From: a virus
Taxonomy: Duplodnaviria; Heunggongvirae; Uroviricota; Caudoviricetes
Length of the DNA stretch: 64,000 nucleotides
Strand: one strand, 5' to 3'
Virus record (IMG/VR): IMGVR_UViG_3300029720_000461
Every line of letters begins with the position of its first letter. Positions within the stretch are counted from its first letter, which is position 1. Positions 1 to 10,698 of the stretch are shown piece after piece. The translations under genes were made by a program, and so were the position numbers. The notes beneath the pieces were generated by a model. The model was given only the letters and a program-made list of their open reading frames with translations. It was not told the DNA's origin and did not search any database.

Positions 1-2456
1 TAAAAATGAAGACGAACAGATAGTTGAACTGGAACATAAAAAAAGAGATTATTATAATTATATTGCAAATGAAATTAAAGATATACAGACACAGGCAGCA
101 AGCCTTAAGAATCCTGAAGATAAATATAAAGTATTAAATACATTATTAAAAATAAAGGATATATGTTCAAGCATTCAGAAAGCATATTCCCAGCTTGATG
201 ATATAGAAGATGAAAGCATATTTTTACTTAATAATCAGGAAAAAGAAAATGAAAAAAATCAGTATTGTGACGGTATGCAGTTTTTTCAATAATTTTTAGC
301 CAAAGGACTATAGGTACTTATTGTATTTATAGTCCTTTTTCTTTTATTTTCTCTATATACTAATAATCTTATTTAAAGTTTATTCAAATATTTTCACAAA
401 AAAGCTTAATTATAAAAGTTGAGATTTTTACTTTTGCTAAACTGCCTACAATGCTTAGATTTACTTTGCATACCTAATTTGAAGAGCATAGGATTCACGA
501 TAAAAGCTATCGTTAGATGCGGACTAAGAATTAGTACGCAGTGGCAATATAAACATATTACAGGTTGCTGCAATTTATTACACCTAAAGCTTGTTTTAAA
601 GCAAGACATTTGGCTTGTAAAAGCAAGACAATTTTATAGTTTGTTTTATATTAAATTTATTTATAGGATGCGTAAGCAGCATCATAAATAAATTTGGATA
701 GCTTTGCTTTAGCAAAGATGAGCAGCTATGAAATAGATGCAGGTATCCATAAAGCAAATTTGTACATCTCTACTTTGCGGAGATGTTGAGTTCTACGAAG
801 TAGAGATGTTTCTCCTATGCTGATTAAAACAGTTCAGAGCGTGAAAGTTTGAGAAATTGAATTAACTATTAACCAAACACTCATAACTCCACATTGAAGC
901 ATCTACCTAAAGGTAGATGCTGAACTGTTTTAACGGTTGCCAGACCGGATTAGATTTAATAATAATTATTTTGATAAGTATTTATATTGAAATAGGTCAA
1001 AGTTATTAAAAATAATCTATAGAATAACTGGAAGGCGGTTAATTGGTACATACTATACTTCATTTTCACGCTATCCGAGAGGCACAGTCGGTATATAAGG
1101 GAAGCATCACACAACTTAACTAATGAATGTGTGCGGCGATATCCAGACCAGACTTAAGACAGTCGTATTAACCATGCTGGATATTTTCGTAAGGAGCTGA
1201 AAGGTGAGCGAATGGCTTCGGTATGCCTACACTTAATCAGGTTATAAAAAACTCAAGACTGGATTAAGCAGGGTTAAATTTACGCACCGGTGGAAACCTG
1301 TTATCCCTATGGTATTAAGATGAGGGAAGGAGAACACGCAGACTGGAATTGTCGGTTTAATATATAACAAGCATTATATATTGGATACGGATTCGTTACA
1401 TCCGAAAGGGTCGATTGAGTAGATGACAGTGGAACTCATAGAAAGCGTGCTGATATGTTATTTTACTTTATATAAAATAAGCATATAAGTATATCATGTT
1501 ATACTTATATAATTATATACTTAAAAAATATATAAAGAAAGATAACCAAAATTTATATAATAAGATATAGTCAGTGAAATACTGGAATAATATCATATAT
1601 ATGACATTACAGTAGATATGATATTATACCTGTTTTGAAGAGAAATCTAAAAAACACTTTGCTTGAAAAGCAGTTGGTTTATCTTTAGAGTAGTATATTT
1701 ATAAATACTCATTTGCGTTTATAAGTACAGTGCTGTGAAGATAAATTTAAGATAAACAGGATATATGTATAGATATAAATTTTAGTATCAGGAAGCACAT
1801 GGTTGACATAAAAGGGAACAGAAACTTCATTGTACGGACGTTTATGTTTATCTGATATTTTATCAGATTTTTATGATAGGACAGCTTCTTTCTATAATTT
1901 ATATAGGAGAAGTGCGTCCACAAGTTAAAACATATTCTTATTACCGGACGTTTCCATTAATCATTTCGCTTTAAGTTTTTTTAAGAATATGAAAAATCAA
2001 AATATGCAATTACAATTTTTATTCATTTTGTCGCACGAAAGGGCGACAATACATAAATGTTTCACACTTATATATATCTTCTTTCAAAAAATTTATTTCA
2101 TCAATTCTTTAAAAATCTCTAAAAAATCCAGTTTTGAAAATTAAAAAATCATTTATTTTTGAAAGCAGTATTATGCTTTTAATATGAATCAGATATCATT
2201 TTTACCATTATATTTTCTGATTTATTATTATTTTACCTAACTATATTGTATACAATATACAATAAAATAGTAATATCATAACATCAATCGGCAGCAATCG
2301 AAAACTTTCGTTTCCTTAAAAGCTAATTTTCTAAAAAGTATATGTTATTCTCTTAGATTCCTACTTTTGTTTCAAAAACCATAAAAAAGCTTTTTTATAA
2401 CTTTTATAGTTTTTTAATTCTTTATAATACATATAAAGACAGGAGGATGGTGTAGT

Positions 2457-4160
2457 ATGAAATTAAGAGTATCAAAGAAATTAAGCTGCAAGGAAGGTTT
2501 TTATACATATCTTTTTAGTGACGGATATAAAGGAGCAAAGACTTATGTATTATCAGGGCTGCTTCCTGAATTTCCTAATAATTTATGGCTTGACATCAGT
2601 TTTAATAAAAACAGGCTTGTAACTGATTTTGATATAGATTATGCTGCACCCGCTACTATAAAGGTATTTAAAAATAAGGATTTAGACGAATATAAGAAAA
2701 ATGTAGAATTTTTTAAAAGCATGAAAAATCTTACATGGGAACAGGTACTTGCCGTAGGTGAAGGCAGGGCAGATTTTTATAACATGTTTGATTTTAAAAA
2801 GGCTGATAAGGTACATAAGGAAAAGGTTAATAACCCGAAGGATACCAAACGTATTAATGCAATCTTGGATAAGTGCATTGAAAAAGAAAGGAAAAAACGT
2901 CTTGCAATGTATTCACTTGAAGAATTGCTTTCCACTTTTATATCAATCGAAGAAGAAGGTGCTTATGACCTTTTAAGATATCCTGATAAGATAAAAAGCC
3001 TTATAAACTGCAATAAACTTACTATGGAAAATCTTAAGCTGCATGATAAAGACATAAAAGCAGCTGAAGAATGGCTTAATGAAGAGATTGATAAACGTAA
3101 TAAATCATATTATCCACTTGTAAGAGAAGATGAAATAACTGAATATCTTGCTTCCCACAGTTTTAATTTATCGGATGAACAGGAAGATGCAGTATACAGT
3201 TTATGTGATAACAGACCGGTTATTATAACAGGTGGTGCAGGCTCAGGTAAAACTACTGTTATTAAAGCAATAGCAGGCTGTTATGCAAAATATTACGGTG
3301 ATGATAAGATTCTGCTATTAGCACCTACCGGAAAAGCAAGCAGACGTATTTATGAACAGACACGATTTGCTAATTGCGGAACAATACACAGTAAATTAAG
3401 AAAAAGTGACGGATTTATATATTATAACGAAAAGAAGAAGTTACCTTACAGGCTTATTATTGTTGATGAAAGTTCAATGATAGATACGCTTTTAATGTCT
3501 GATTTATTAAAGGCTGTGGATACAGATGCCAAGATTATATTTATAGGCGACCATAACCAGTTATATCCGGTAAGCTATGGTGAACCATTTTTTGATTTTT
3601 TACATGTATTACCGGTTTACAGACTTACAATTAATTTCAGACAGGGAGACAATGCCATTTCAGAAAATGCTGACAGGGTTCTTAAAGGTCTGCCTCTTAT
3701 TGAAGGTAAAGGTTTTACTATTAAACATATCAAATATGAGGATATACCAGAGTATATAGATAAAGATATCCAGAATATGTCACCATATAATGAATTAAAT
3801 GATGCCATCAATCAGATTTTAAAGAAAGGCAATAATAAGTTTAATGTAGGTGACAATATAGTTACCCTTACTAATAAAGAAGAATACAGCAATGGCGATA
3901 CTGGAAAAATCATTGCCCTTAATGGTGGCGGAGTAAGCATTCAGATTAACAATCATATTGTTGATATTAAAAAGAAAGATATGTCAGATATAGCATTAGC
4001 ATATAGTATGACAATCCATAAAATGCAGGGTTCTGAATGTTTAAAGGCAAAATTATTCTTACCTGAAGGAGATTCATTTGTAGATAAACGTATGCTCTAT
4101 ACAGCCATAACAAGAGCAAAAGAAGAAATGGAAGTATATTATTATACTTCCGAAAAATAA
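2457..4160 (+). CDS. SF1B RecD/Dda-like ATP-dependent DNA helicase
   Basis: Walker A ITGGAGSGKTT; Walker B LIIVDESSMID; C-terminal UvrD_C_2-like AYSMTIHKMQGSE; AGGAGG RBS 8 nt upstream. Confidence 0.8.
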   Translation: MKLRVSKKLSCKEGFYTYLFSDGYKGAKTYVLSGLLPEFPNNLWLDISFNKNRLVTDFDIDYAAPATIKVFKNKDLDEYKKNVEFFKSMKNLTWEQVLAVGEGRADFYNMFDFKKADKVHKEKVNNPKDTKRINAILDKCIEKERKKRLAMYSLEELLSTFISIEEEGAYDLLRYPDKIKSLINCNKLTMENLKLHDKDIKAAEEWLNEEIDKRNKSYYPLVREDEITEYLASHSFNLSDEQEDAVYSLCDNRPVIITGGAGSGKTTVIKAIAGCYAKYYGDDKILLLAPTGKASRRIYEQTRFANCGTIHSKLRKSDGFIYYNEKKKLPYRLIIVDESSMIDTLLMSDLLKAVDTDAKIIFIGDHNQLYPVSYGEPFFDFLHVLPVYRLTINFRQGDNAISENADRVLKGLPLIEGKGFTIKHIKYEDIPEYIDKDIQNMSPYNELNDAINQILKKGNNKFNVGDNIVTLTNKEEYSNGDTGKIIALNGGGVSIQINNHIVDIKKKDMSDIALAYSMTIHKMQGSECLKAKLFLPEGDSFVDKRMLYTAITRAKEEMEVYYYTSEK

Positions 4161-4176
4161 ACAGAAAGGAAATTTT

Positions 4177-4674
4177 ATGTGGGAATATTTAGATATAATA
4201 AATTATAACCTGTTATATGAATATGCAGATGCGGTAATAAATAACAATAAATATATAGGAACAGGTCTTTCAATACCTAATCCTTATGTTGAAACAGAAA
4301 GCAGACAGGATATATTAAGAAAAAACAGTTATTATCTTCTTAATTTTATATTCAGATATATAGCAGGATGTAAAACGCTTGATGAATGCCTTGATTTTAT
4401 AAAATGTGATGAATATGAAGATTTTAGCAATAAATATTTTACGGAAAAGCTTGCAGGATATATATATATAGGCACAGATGATTACTTTATTAAACCTGAT
4501 GCAGGAAATATCAGCTGCATAATGGAAATCATATATAAAAAAGCAGATTTTATGGAACAGTTGAAAATTTACAGTAGTAAAGGAATTATAACTGCATCAA
4601 AGAGAAATAAACTGGAAAAGCTTATAAAGGTTTGCAATGGTCTTATGGAAAGAGAAACGAAATATGAAAAATAA
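4177..4674 (+). CDS. hypothetical protein
   Basis: 165-aa ORF co-directional with neighbours. Confidence 0.45.
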   Translation: MWEYLDIINYNLLYEYADAVINNNKYIGTGLSIPNPYVETESRQDILRKNSYYLLNFIFRYIAGCKTLDECLDFIKCDEYEDFSNKYFTEKLAGYIYIGTDDYFIKPDAGNISCIMEIIYKKADFMEQLKIYSSKGIITASKRNKLEKLIKVCNGLMERETKYEK

Positions 4675-5716
4675 ATTTTTAACATTAATACTGGTAATGT
4701 TTTCTATGTTTTTTTTAAGCGGAACAGTATACGCAGAAGAGATATATGATGCCGACAAGGACAGCTCATACAGTGAATATGGCAGCTTTAAATATAAAAT
4801 GACAGGCGGAGGAATAAATACTTATGACGGCGATATCTTTTATGGCAGCAGCAAAGATATTGACCAGCTTGAAAATATTATACAGTCTATGGGATATATA
4901 CTTCTTAATACAGATGCTTCAGATGTTGATGAAAGTATAAGAAATGATATAAAAAATTCAGGAAGATTTTCATATTCGGATTATCTTGATAAAGACAAGC
5001 CTTTTTACTGGAATATGCCGCTATATATACCCGGTGACTGGTATACTACTTTTATTAATTGTAATGAAGATGATAAACCTTTTATACTGAATGATTTGTC
5101 ACTGCTTGCTGTCATAATTGACAGGCAGATGATTAAAGACAGGGAGTTAAGCGGTACGGAAGGTGCTATTGATGATGATATACCTGTAGATGCAGCTACA
5201 GCAGAAATTACATTTATAAGCCGTGAAGACTGCAATCTTTACTTCTGGGGCGGTATGCAGCTAAGGCAGTATCACATACATGTAAATGCAAATGAGCCTA
5301 AAACCGTTAAAGTAATACAGGATGTATATGTCCTTAAAGAAATAAATGGAAAAGCGTGTAAGGATAAAAGATTTCTTGTTCTTAATAAAGATAACAGTCT
5401 TGATGATTATGAAGCAGAAATAAATATTGATTTTGATGTGGATAAGACTATTGAAGAAATTGAAAAAGAAGACGGATATATAAAAGAAGAAATCAAAGAA
5501 AAAAATATATTTGTCAGGGCTACTGACAGCCTGATAAAAAAGGCAGAAAAAAATAAAACCCTTTCAAGGCTTATAACATGTTTATTGATACTTGTTATCT
5601 GTATAGTTCTTCTAATCTTAATATATGAACATAGGCTTGATGAAGAAGAAAAGAAACAGGATGAGAGGGATTTGGAAAACACTAAGGACAGTGAAGAAAA
5701 CAGATTCAGGGATTAA
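4664..5716 (+). CDS. secreted/membrane-anchored hypothetical protein
   Basis: Start moved to MKNKFLTLILVMFSMFFLSGTVYA (signal peptide) overlapping the upstream stop; C-terminal TM helix LITCLLILVICIVLLILIY then a charged tail. Confidence 0.55.
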   Translation: MKNKFLTLILVMFSMFFLSGTVYAEEIYDADKDSSYSEYGSFKYKMTGGGINTYDGDIFYGSSKDIDQLENIIQSMGYILLNTDASDVDESIRNDIKNSGRFSYSDYLDKDKPFYWNMPLYIPGDWYTTFINCNEDDKPFILNDLSLLAVIIDRQMIKDRELSGTEGAIDDDIPVDAATAEITFISREDCNLYFWGGMQLRQYHIHVNANEPKTVKVIQDVYVLKEINGKACKDKRFLVLNKDNSLDDYEAEINIDFDVDKTIEEIEKEDGYIKEEIKEKNIFVRATDSLIKKAEKNKTLSRLITCLLILVICIVLLILIYEHRLDEEEKKQDERDLENTKDSEENRFRD

Positions 5717-5832
5717 AGAAATGCAAAATGTAATAAAAAGTATTTTTTATATATTATTTTTATGAATTTTGTGTTATTCTTTAATTGTAAAATAAGATAA
5801 ATAAAATTATATGAAGGAATAAGGTGATAACT

Positions 5833-6270
5833 ATGAAAATATATGAATATATAGATTTTTTACTTGATAAGAATAATGTAAAAAGTCTTGTACAGATGAA
5901 AAAAAGAAATTATCCGGTGAAAAAAGCTTATGAGCTTGTAAAGCCATATGAGCAGAATGTTAAAGACCTTTCAGCTTTTAAGGCAGCATTTGAAACGGGA
6001 TATGAACTTATTAATGATGAGCCGGATTGCGTATTTGAGATAATGGCAGAGCTTTATGAAAAGTATGAAGAAGGCTCAGTTATGTATGGTTACACGGCAG
6101 TAAAAAAAGAAAAATACACAAGGAAAAAGAAAAATAAAGATAAAGAAAAAATATCTGAAACTTTGGTTGAAGTATATATAAATCCTGATGATGACAGCTT
6201 AAAAAATGTATTAAAAAAGCATTTTACTGTTGTTGAAGAAACAGAAGAAAAGCTGATGCTGAAAAAATAA
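5833..6270 (+). CDS. hypothetical protein
   Basis: The listed ORF begins at a GTG; the ATG at 5833 has an AAGGTGA RBS. Confidence 0.5.
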   Translation: MKIYEYIDFLLDKNNVKSLVQMKKRNYPVKKAYELVKPYEQNVKDLSAFKAAFETGYELINDEPDCVFEIMAELYEKYEEGSVMYGYTAVKKEKYTRKKKNKDKEKISETLVEVYINPDDDSLKNVLKKHFTVVEETEEKLMLKK

Positions 6271-6287
6271 TCAGAATATAACTATAA

Positions 6288-6329
6288 AAAGAACTGTATG
6301 CTGTATGTTAGTGTATGGTTCTTTTTTGT
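6288..6329 (+). terminator. putative rho-independent terminator
   Basis: aagaac...gttctttttt hairpin plus a T-run right after the 6270 stop. Confidence 0.35.
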
Positions 6330-6382
6330 TATATAAAATAATACAACATAACACAAAATAACAAAAAAATAATGTAAAATAG

Positions 6383-6411
6383 TTGACATTGAACAAATCT
6401 TATGATATTAT
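6383..6411 (+). promoter_or_regulatory. sigma70-type promoter (TTGACA-17-TATTAT), copy 1
   Basis: ttgaca, 17-bp spacer, tattat; the element gttgacattgaacaaa is near-identically repeated at 9190. Confidence 0.5.
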
Positions 6412-6476
6412 ATATACAGTTAAAGAAGTAAGAAAAAAGCCTTTTTAAAATATATTATTGATTAAGGAGTGTTATA

Positions 6477-6794
6477 ATGGCAGATACGAATGTTGTTAAA
6501 AACTGGGTACTTAAAGTAATGCAGCAAAAAATTACTGAAGGTAAAGGATGTATGCTTAACTGTGCGTTAAATGGCAGGAAGAACCCTGATGGTACATATC
6601 CAAAGAGTATGTACATAAATGTATGGATAGACGGTAAGTGCGAATGTGAACCGGATGATTATACAGGAAAGTACATAGAAGTAGATGGAAGATTTACAAC
6701 AGGTGATTATATATCGAAAAAAACCGGTGAAACAGTGCTTACATTTACAATATTTGCAACTGAAGTCAGAACACATATCTGGACTAATAATTAA
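6477..6794 (+). CDS. hypothetical protein
   Basis: 105-aa ORF with AAGGAG RBS. Confidence 0.5.
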   Translation: MADTNVVKNWVLKVMQQKITEGKGCMLNCALNGRKNPDGTYPKSMYINVWIDGKCECEPDDYTGKYIEVDGRFTTGDYISKKTGETVLTFTIFATEVRTHIWTNN

Positions 6795-6822
6795 GGTTAA
6801 GTTTTTTGAGAGGGAATATTTT

Positions 6823-7242
6823 ATGGGAAAGAACAAACATTTTTCAAACATTGATGTAGCTATATGTAAGGTAAGCGGAAACAAATATTACAGTTTATCA
6901 GACCTTGATGTTGCAGACGGAACAATTGATTTTGATGTAGAAGAACCTGTTGAATCAGATTATGTGATTATACTTAATCCTTGGACTGATAAAATTGTAC
7001 TTCCTATATCAATGGAACAGATAATTGAACTCAGTCTTGTTAATCAGAAATTTTTAACAACAATCGGCGGACTGGATGATGAAGAAGATTTAATATATCT
7101 TATAGCTGCTAAAAAGATATATGCAAACACTAATTTAATGATAATTGAGAATAGTAATGAAGACGGTACTGTTACATATAATTTTTACCGCAACAGATTT
7201 TTTATTAAGAATAATCAGCCGACTGTTTCAATCACAAAATAA
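6823..7242 (+). CDS. hypothetical protein
   Basis: ATG at 6823 (MGKNKHF...) preceded by a GAGAGGGAA RBS; the longer listed ORF has no RBS. Confidence 0.5.
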   Translation: MGKNKHFSNIDVAICKVSGNKYYSLSDLDVADGTIDFDVEEPVESDYVIILNPWTDKIVLPISMEQIIELSLVNQKFLTTIGGLDDEEDLIYLIAAKKIYANTNLMIIENSNEDGTVTYNFYRNRFFIKNNQPTVSITK

Positions 7243-7249
7243 ATAAATT

Positions 7250-7318
7250 ACATCCGTGGTGTAATAGTAACATGACAGTTTCCACTGTAAGCTGAAGGTT
7301 CAAGTCCTTCCGGGTGTG
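7250..7318 (+). tRNA. tRNA-like, probable pseudogene (aberrant anticodon arm)
   Basis: Acceptor acatccg/cgggtgt, D stem gtgt/acat, T arm gaagg-ttcaagt-ccttc; the only good anticodon-arm pairing acagt/actgt leaves a 4-nt loop (ttcc); total 69 nt. Confidence 0.4.
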
Positions 7319-7440
7319 CTTTAAGGATATAACACTTGATATATCTGACAGTACTTAAAGATATTAAAAAGTGTATCGTGAAAGCGAAAGGGAAAATGTG
7401 CAAATAAGACCCTTATACGATTGCAATATATCCTTAATAA

Positions 7441-7511
7441 TCTGACTTAGTTTAATGGCAAAACACTGGCTTTGTAACCCAGTAATGTGAGTTCGATTCT
7501 CTCAGTCAGAA
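7441..7511 (+). tRNA. tRNA-Thr(TGT)
   Basis: Acceptor tctgact/agtcaga; anticodon arm ctggc-tttgtaa-cccag (anticodon TGT); T loop ttcgatt; T stem has one mismatch. Confidence 0.6.
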
Positions 7512-7545
7512 TTATACATATTAAATATTTATAAGGAGCTTTGAT

Positions 7546-7638
7546 ATGCCACCAATTATAGAAAATAAAGACTATGCTGTGATAGGTATAGTTGCAGCAG
7601 TTATTATCAGTATTATTGTTATAATAAAGCTGATTTGA
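7546..7638 (+). CDS. small hydrophobic peptide (30 aa, single TM)
   Basis: MPPIIENKDYAVIGIVAAVIISIIVIIKLI with AAGGAG RBS; below the ORF-track cutoff. Confidence 0.3.
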   Translation: MPPIIENKDYAVIGIVAAVIISIIVIIKLI

Positions 7639-7814
7639 GTAAACTTAAAAAGCATTGTATAGGACATATATTAATGTCTTATATGATGCTTTTTATTATG
7701 CTGTTAAAACACAAATCTTTTTGTTTTAAATTATATAAAAAAGCTTTTTTATATAAATTGTGATTTCTGACATTGATACAATATACAAAAAGATAATTAA
7801 AGGAAGTTAAAAAT

Positions 7815-8225
7815 ATGGAAATAACAATCAGTTGTACTAAGAAGCAGGCATTGCTTATACAGGAAGCAATGGAAGAATATTTTAAAATAAGACTTAACCA
7901 GTTTGACACACTTGCCAATGCACTTGCGTTTGACGGATACGAAAAGTGTGAGCAGGGCTTTGGAAGGCGTGTGGAAGTAAGACAACAGTTAGATAAGGTA
8001 TTTAAGGAAGCCGGAGAACTTCATATGAAAGCAACCGGTGAAGATGCATGTCCTAAAGGCTCTGTAGCTGTGAAATCTGATAACTGCATGGATATGATTA
8101 ATATATATAATGCGTTAAGAATTGCTTTAATTAAAGCTTCTAAGCCTGTAGGAAAGCCGGAAGAAGCTGTAACACTTGAAGACCTTGGCATACCGGTTAT
8201 TTTAGTCAGGAGTGCTGAGTATTGA
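7815..8225 (+). CDS. hypothetical protein
   Basis: 136-aa ORF. Confidence 0.5.
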   Translation: MEITISCTKKQALLIQEAMEEYFKIRLNQFDTLANALAFDGYEKCEQGFGRRVEVRQQLDKVFKEAGELHMKATGEDACPKGSVAVKSDNCMDMINIYNALRIALIKASKPVGKPEEAVTLEDLGIPVILVRSAEY

Positions 8226-8246
8226 GTATCAAGTTAGGAGTTGTTT

Positions 8247-8819
8247 ATGAGCGATATAAATGGTGTAAGTATAAAAAAGCTTACCATAAGCAGGGAAACA
8301 AATGAAGAAAAGAACAAAACTTATTTAACTGTAGCAGCAAGCATATATCTGTCAGGTAAAAAGCTTGGAAACTGGGAATATAAAAGCATATCTACAGGCG
8401 TGGAAAGCAGCAATTTTGATTTCGACTATAAGCTTTTAGAAGAAGCCGCCATGTCACATAAGGTTAAATACAGACCTTTTAAATCGCATGAATTTGAAGA
8501 TTTTGAAGAGAAAGATGTAACGGAGCTTTTAAAACATGTAGCAGACCTTACAATACAGGAAAATAAGTTTAATGAATATATCAAAGCCGGATATAAGGGT
8601 ATGTTAGATTTTACAAATGACAAGTACCATTTTTATGAGCCTTTAATGTATGGAGATGCTAAAGAATTTATGCGGCTTAATCCGGGCAAAGTAGCTCATT
8701 GTAAAAAATATTGTGGAGATAATATGCGTGTAGATACATATACGGATGTAAAACAGTTCAGCCTGCATCTAAAAGAAAAAAGCAGACAGTACAGTTTATT
8801 TGATTATATGATTATTTAA
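8247..8819 (+). CDS. hypothetical protein
   Basis: The listed ORF begins at a TTG; ATG at 8247 (MSDINGV) with AGGAG RBS. Confidence 0.5.
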   Translation: MSDINGVSIKKLTISRETNEEKNKTYLTVAASIYLSGKKLGNWEYKSISTGVESSNFDFDYKLLEEAAMSHKVKYRPFKSHEFEDFEEKDVTELLKHVADLTIQENKFNEYIKAGYKGMLDFTNDKYHFYEPLMYGDAKEFMRLNPGKVAHCKKYCGDNMRVDTYTDVKQFSLHLKEKSRQYSLFDYMII

Positions 8820-8838
8820 AAAAAGGATGTGAAGCAGT

Positions 8839-9159
8839 ATGAGTATATTTAATAAAAAGAAGGATAAAAAAACTGAAACAAATGAACTTGAGAATATACT
8901 TATTGAAATGACTTCACAGCTTAAAAGCTTAAGAGAAGATGTGGGAAAATTACAAAGCTTTGAAAAACGTATAACAGAGCTGGAAGTAAAATATACGGAG
9001 CTTAATCAGGAAATGTTAGACCGGTATGATTCATTAACAGAAAACATTAAAAGAACAGACGGTAGAAGAAGAATACATTCATCAGAACAGGAAAATGACG
9101 GACTGTTTAACAGCTTTGATTATGAGCAGATGAGAGCAAGATTAAGGAATAAGAAATAA
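8839..9159 (+). CDS. hypothetical coiled-coil protein
   Basis: 106-aa ORF, heptad-like charged sequence. Confidence 0.45.
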   Translation: MSIFNKKKDKKTETNELENILIEMTSQLKSLREDVGKLQSFEKRITELEVKYTELNQEMLDRYDSLTENIKRTDGRRRIHSSEQENDGLFNSFDYEQMRARLRNKK

Positions 9160-9190
9160 CATAAAATAATAAATAAATAACATATAAATG

Positions 9191-9219
9191 TTGACATTGA
9201 ACAAAAAGTATGTTATTAT
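9191..9219 (+). promoter_or_regulatory. sigma70-type promoter (TTGACA-17-TATTAT), copy 2, ahead of tRNA island
   Basis: Near-identical to the 6383 element: ttgacattgaacaaa...tattat. Confidence 0.45.
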
Positions 9220-9339
9220 ATAAGAGAAGTAAGAGAGTACATAATTAAAACAATATGGACAAAATGAACCGAAACTCCCTCCACCGGTTCAGCTTCCAAA
9301 TTATTTATGGATAAAGTTAATTGCCAAATTTTATCCATA

Positions 9340-9447
9340 CGGGATAAAACTTAAATTTAATTTTCTTTCAGAAATTAAATCGGTAAGTATAAACACTGGA
9401 CAAATAGTATGCTGTCCTATGTACAGGTTCGATTCCTGATATCCCGT
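9340..9447 (+). other. tRNA-like element of aberrant length
   Basis: Perfect 7-bp acceptor-like pairing cgggata/tatcccg and T arm (a)cagg-ttcgatt-cctg(a), but about 107 nt and no canonical D arm. Confidence 0.2.
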
Positions 9448-9779
9448 TTAGCTGCTTTTGCAGCAAATATTTCTTATTAAGTATTTATAAGATTATTGGA
9501 TATATAAAAAAAGGATATTGGTTGAATATATATTCAGTTGTCTTACTAACCAAATAAAAATCTGGTAAGGCACTCCTTTTTAAGTTTAGCTATAGTAGGT
9601 AAAATTTGATGTAATTCTTATGGCTAGTGTGGTGTGGTTAAAGTACCGTTCGATTCGGTTGTCAAACATCAAGAGTTAAGTTAAACCACATTAATGACTT
9701 AACTGCTATAGCTAAATGTACATTCTGACTTAAGTAATATATCAAGTATATTATTATACTTTTGACCTGCCGCCCATTT

Positions 9780-9852
9780 GGTTCTTTAGCTCAGTTGGTA
9801 GAGCATCCGGCTCATAACCGGAAAGTCTTAGGTTCGAGTCCTAGAAGAACCA
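9780..9852 (+). tRNA. tRNA-Met/fMet/Ile2 (CAT)
   Basis: Acceptor ggttctt/aagaacc; D arm tagctcagttggtagagca; anticodon arm tccgg-ctcataa-ccgga; T arm ttagg-ttcgagt-cctag. Confidence 0.8.
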
Positions 9853-10010
9853 CTGCTATATAGCTTTGGCACGAATAAGTTATATGGCACTGTTGTTTGA
9901 CTTTTTTTGTCATGTTTGAAATACAGATATTAGAAAGAACATTTTGCTGGGTGTATCTGTATTATTCTACTAGCAAATGAAAGTGTTCGGTAGAATCTTC
10001 TTTCTTTTAT

Positions 10011-10084
10011 TGGAATGTGGTCTAATTTGGTAAGGCGCTTGATTTGGGTTCAAGAAATTGTCGGTTCAAATCTGGTCATTCCAA
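10011..10084 (+). tRNA. tRNA-Pro(TGG)
   Basis: Acceptor tggaatg/cattcca (perfect); anticodon arm cttga-tttgggt-tcaag; T stem relies on G-U pairs. Confidence 0.65.
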
Positions 10085-10185
10085 CTAAAGCTTGTCACTT
10101 ATTAAATGCAAATAATACCTTTAAAAGGGAGAATAAAACTATGAGTGATGGATATGGATTGCTATTTTAATTAAGGAGACATGTT

Positions 10186-10518
10186 ATGCAAAAATTATCA
10201 AGAAATTTAGAGCAATTAAAAAATTCAGTAAATAGTTCTAAAAACCGAAATATACGATTTGTTAATGTTAAAGCTGTTAGGCAGTGTAAATATTGTGGAA
10301 GTATAATTGGTGTAGGTGATACTTGTCTTACTGTAAATAAGAAGAAAGAAGGCAGAAGATGGGTTTGTTTATCTTGTGCAAATGCTATTTTAGGATATAA
10401 GGAAACTAAAGTACAAATGAACTGTGTTCCATTTGGAGATGAAGGTGCTTACATGGCTTTATGTGATTTTGCAGCCGAGCAAGAAGCAGAATTATATGAC
10501 AGAGGTATTTTGTATTGA
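10186..10518 (+). CDS. hypothetical zinc-ribbon protein
   Basis: CKYCGS...CLSC Cys pairs; 110 aa. Confidence 0.5.
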   Translation: MQKLSRNLEQLKNSVNSSKNRNIRFVNVKAVRQCKYCGSIIGVGDTCLTVNKKKEGRRWVCLSCANAILGYKETKVQMNCVPFGDEGAYMALCDFAAEQEAELYDRGILY

Positions 10519-10523
10519 AGATT

Positions 10524-10621
10524 TGGTTAGATGACATTAGACCAGCACCAGAAGATTATGTGCAGTGTAAATATCTTCTTTGTTAATCTGTGTGTTGTGG
10601 GTTCGAGTCCCACTTAGCCAG
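10524..10621 (+). other. tRNA-like element / tRNA 3'-end fragment (possible att core or pseudogene)
   Basis: T arm gtggg-ttcgagt-cccac followed by ttagcca, which pairs with tggttag 90 nt upstream; no canonical D or anticodon arm. Confidence 0.2.
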
Positions 10622-10698
10622 CTTGTTGTTCTTTTTAAGAATGATATTATTCATTATCGTATCAGTAATGAGCGTAGTAAAAATAACAAGAAGGAGTA

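Noticed and set aside
1-293. Possible 3' end of an upstream gene at the window start
   Set aside because: No frame stays open from position 1 to the stop near 291, since an early in-frame stop occurs at 21-23, so it cannot be called from this window.
406-691. ORFs 406..609 (-) and 419..691 (+) in the leader region
   Set aside because: No RBS and atypical composition (Cys/Leu-rich), lying in a structured non-coding block.
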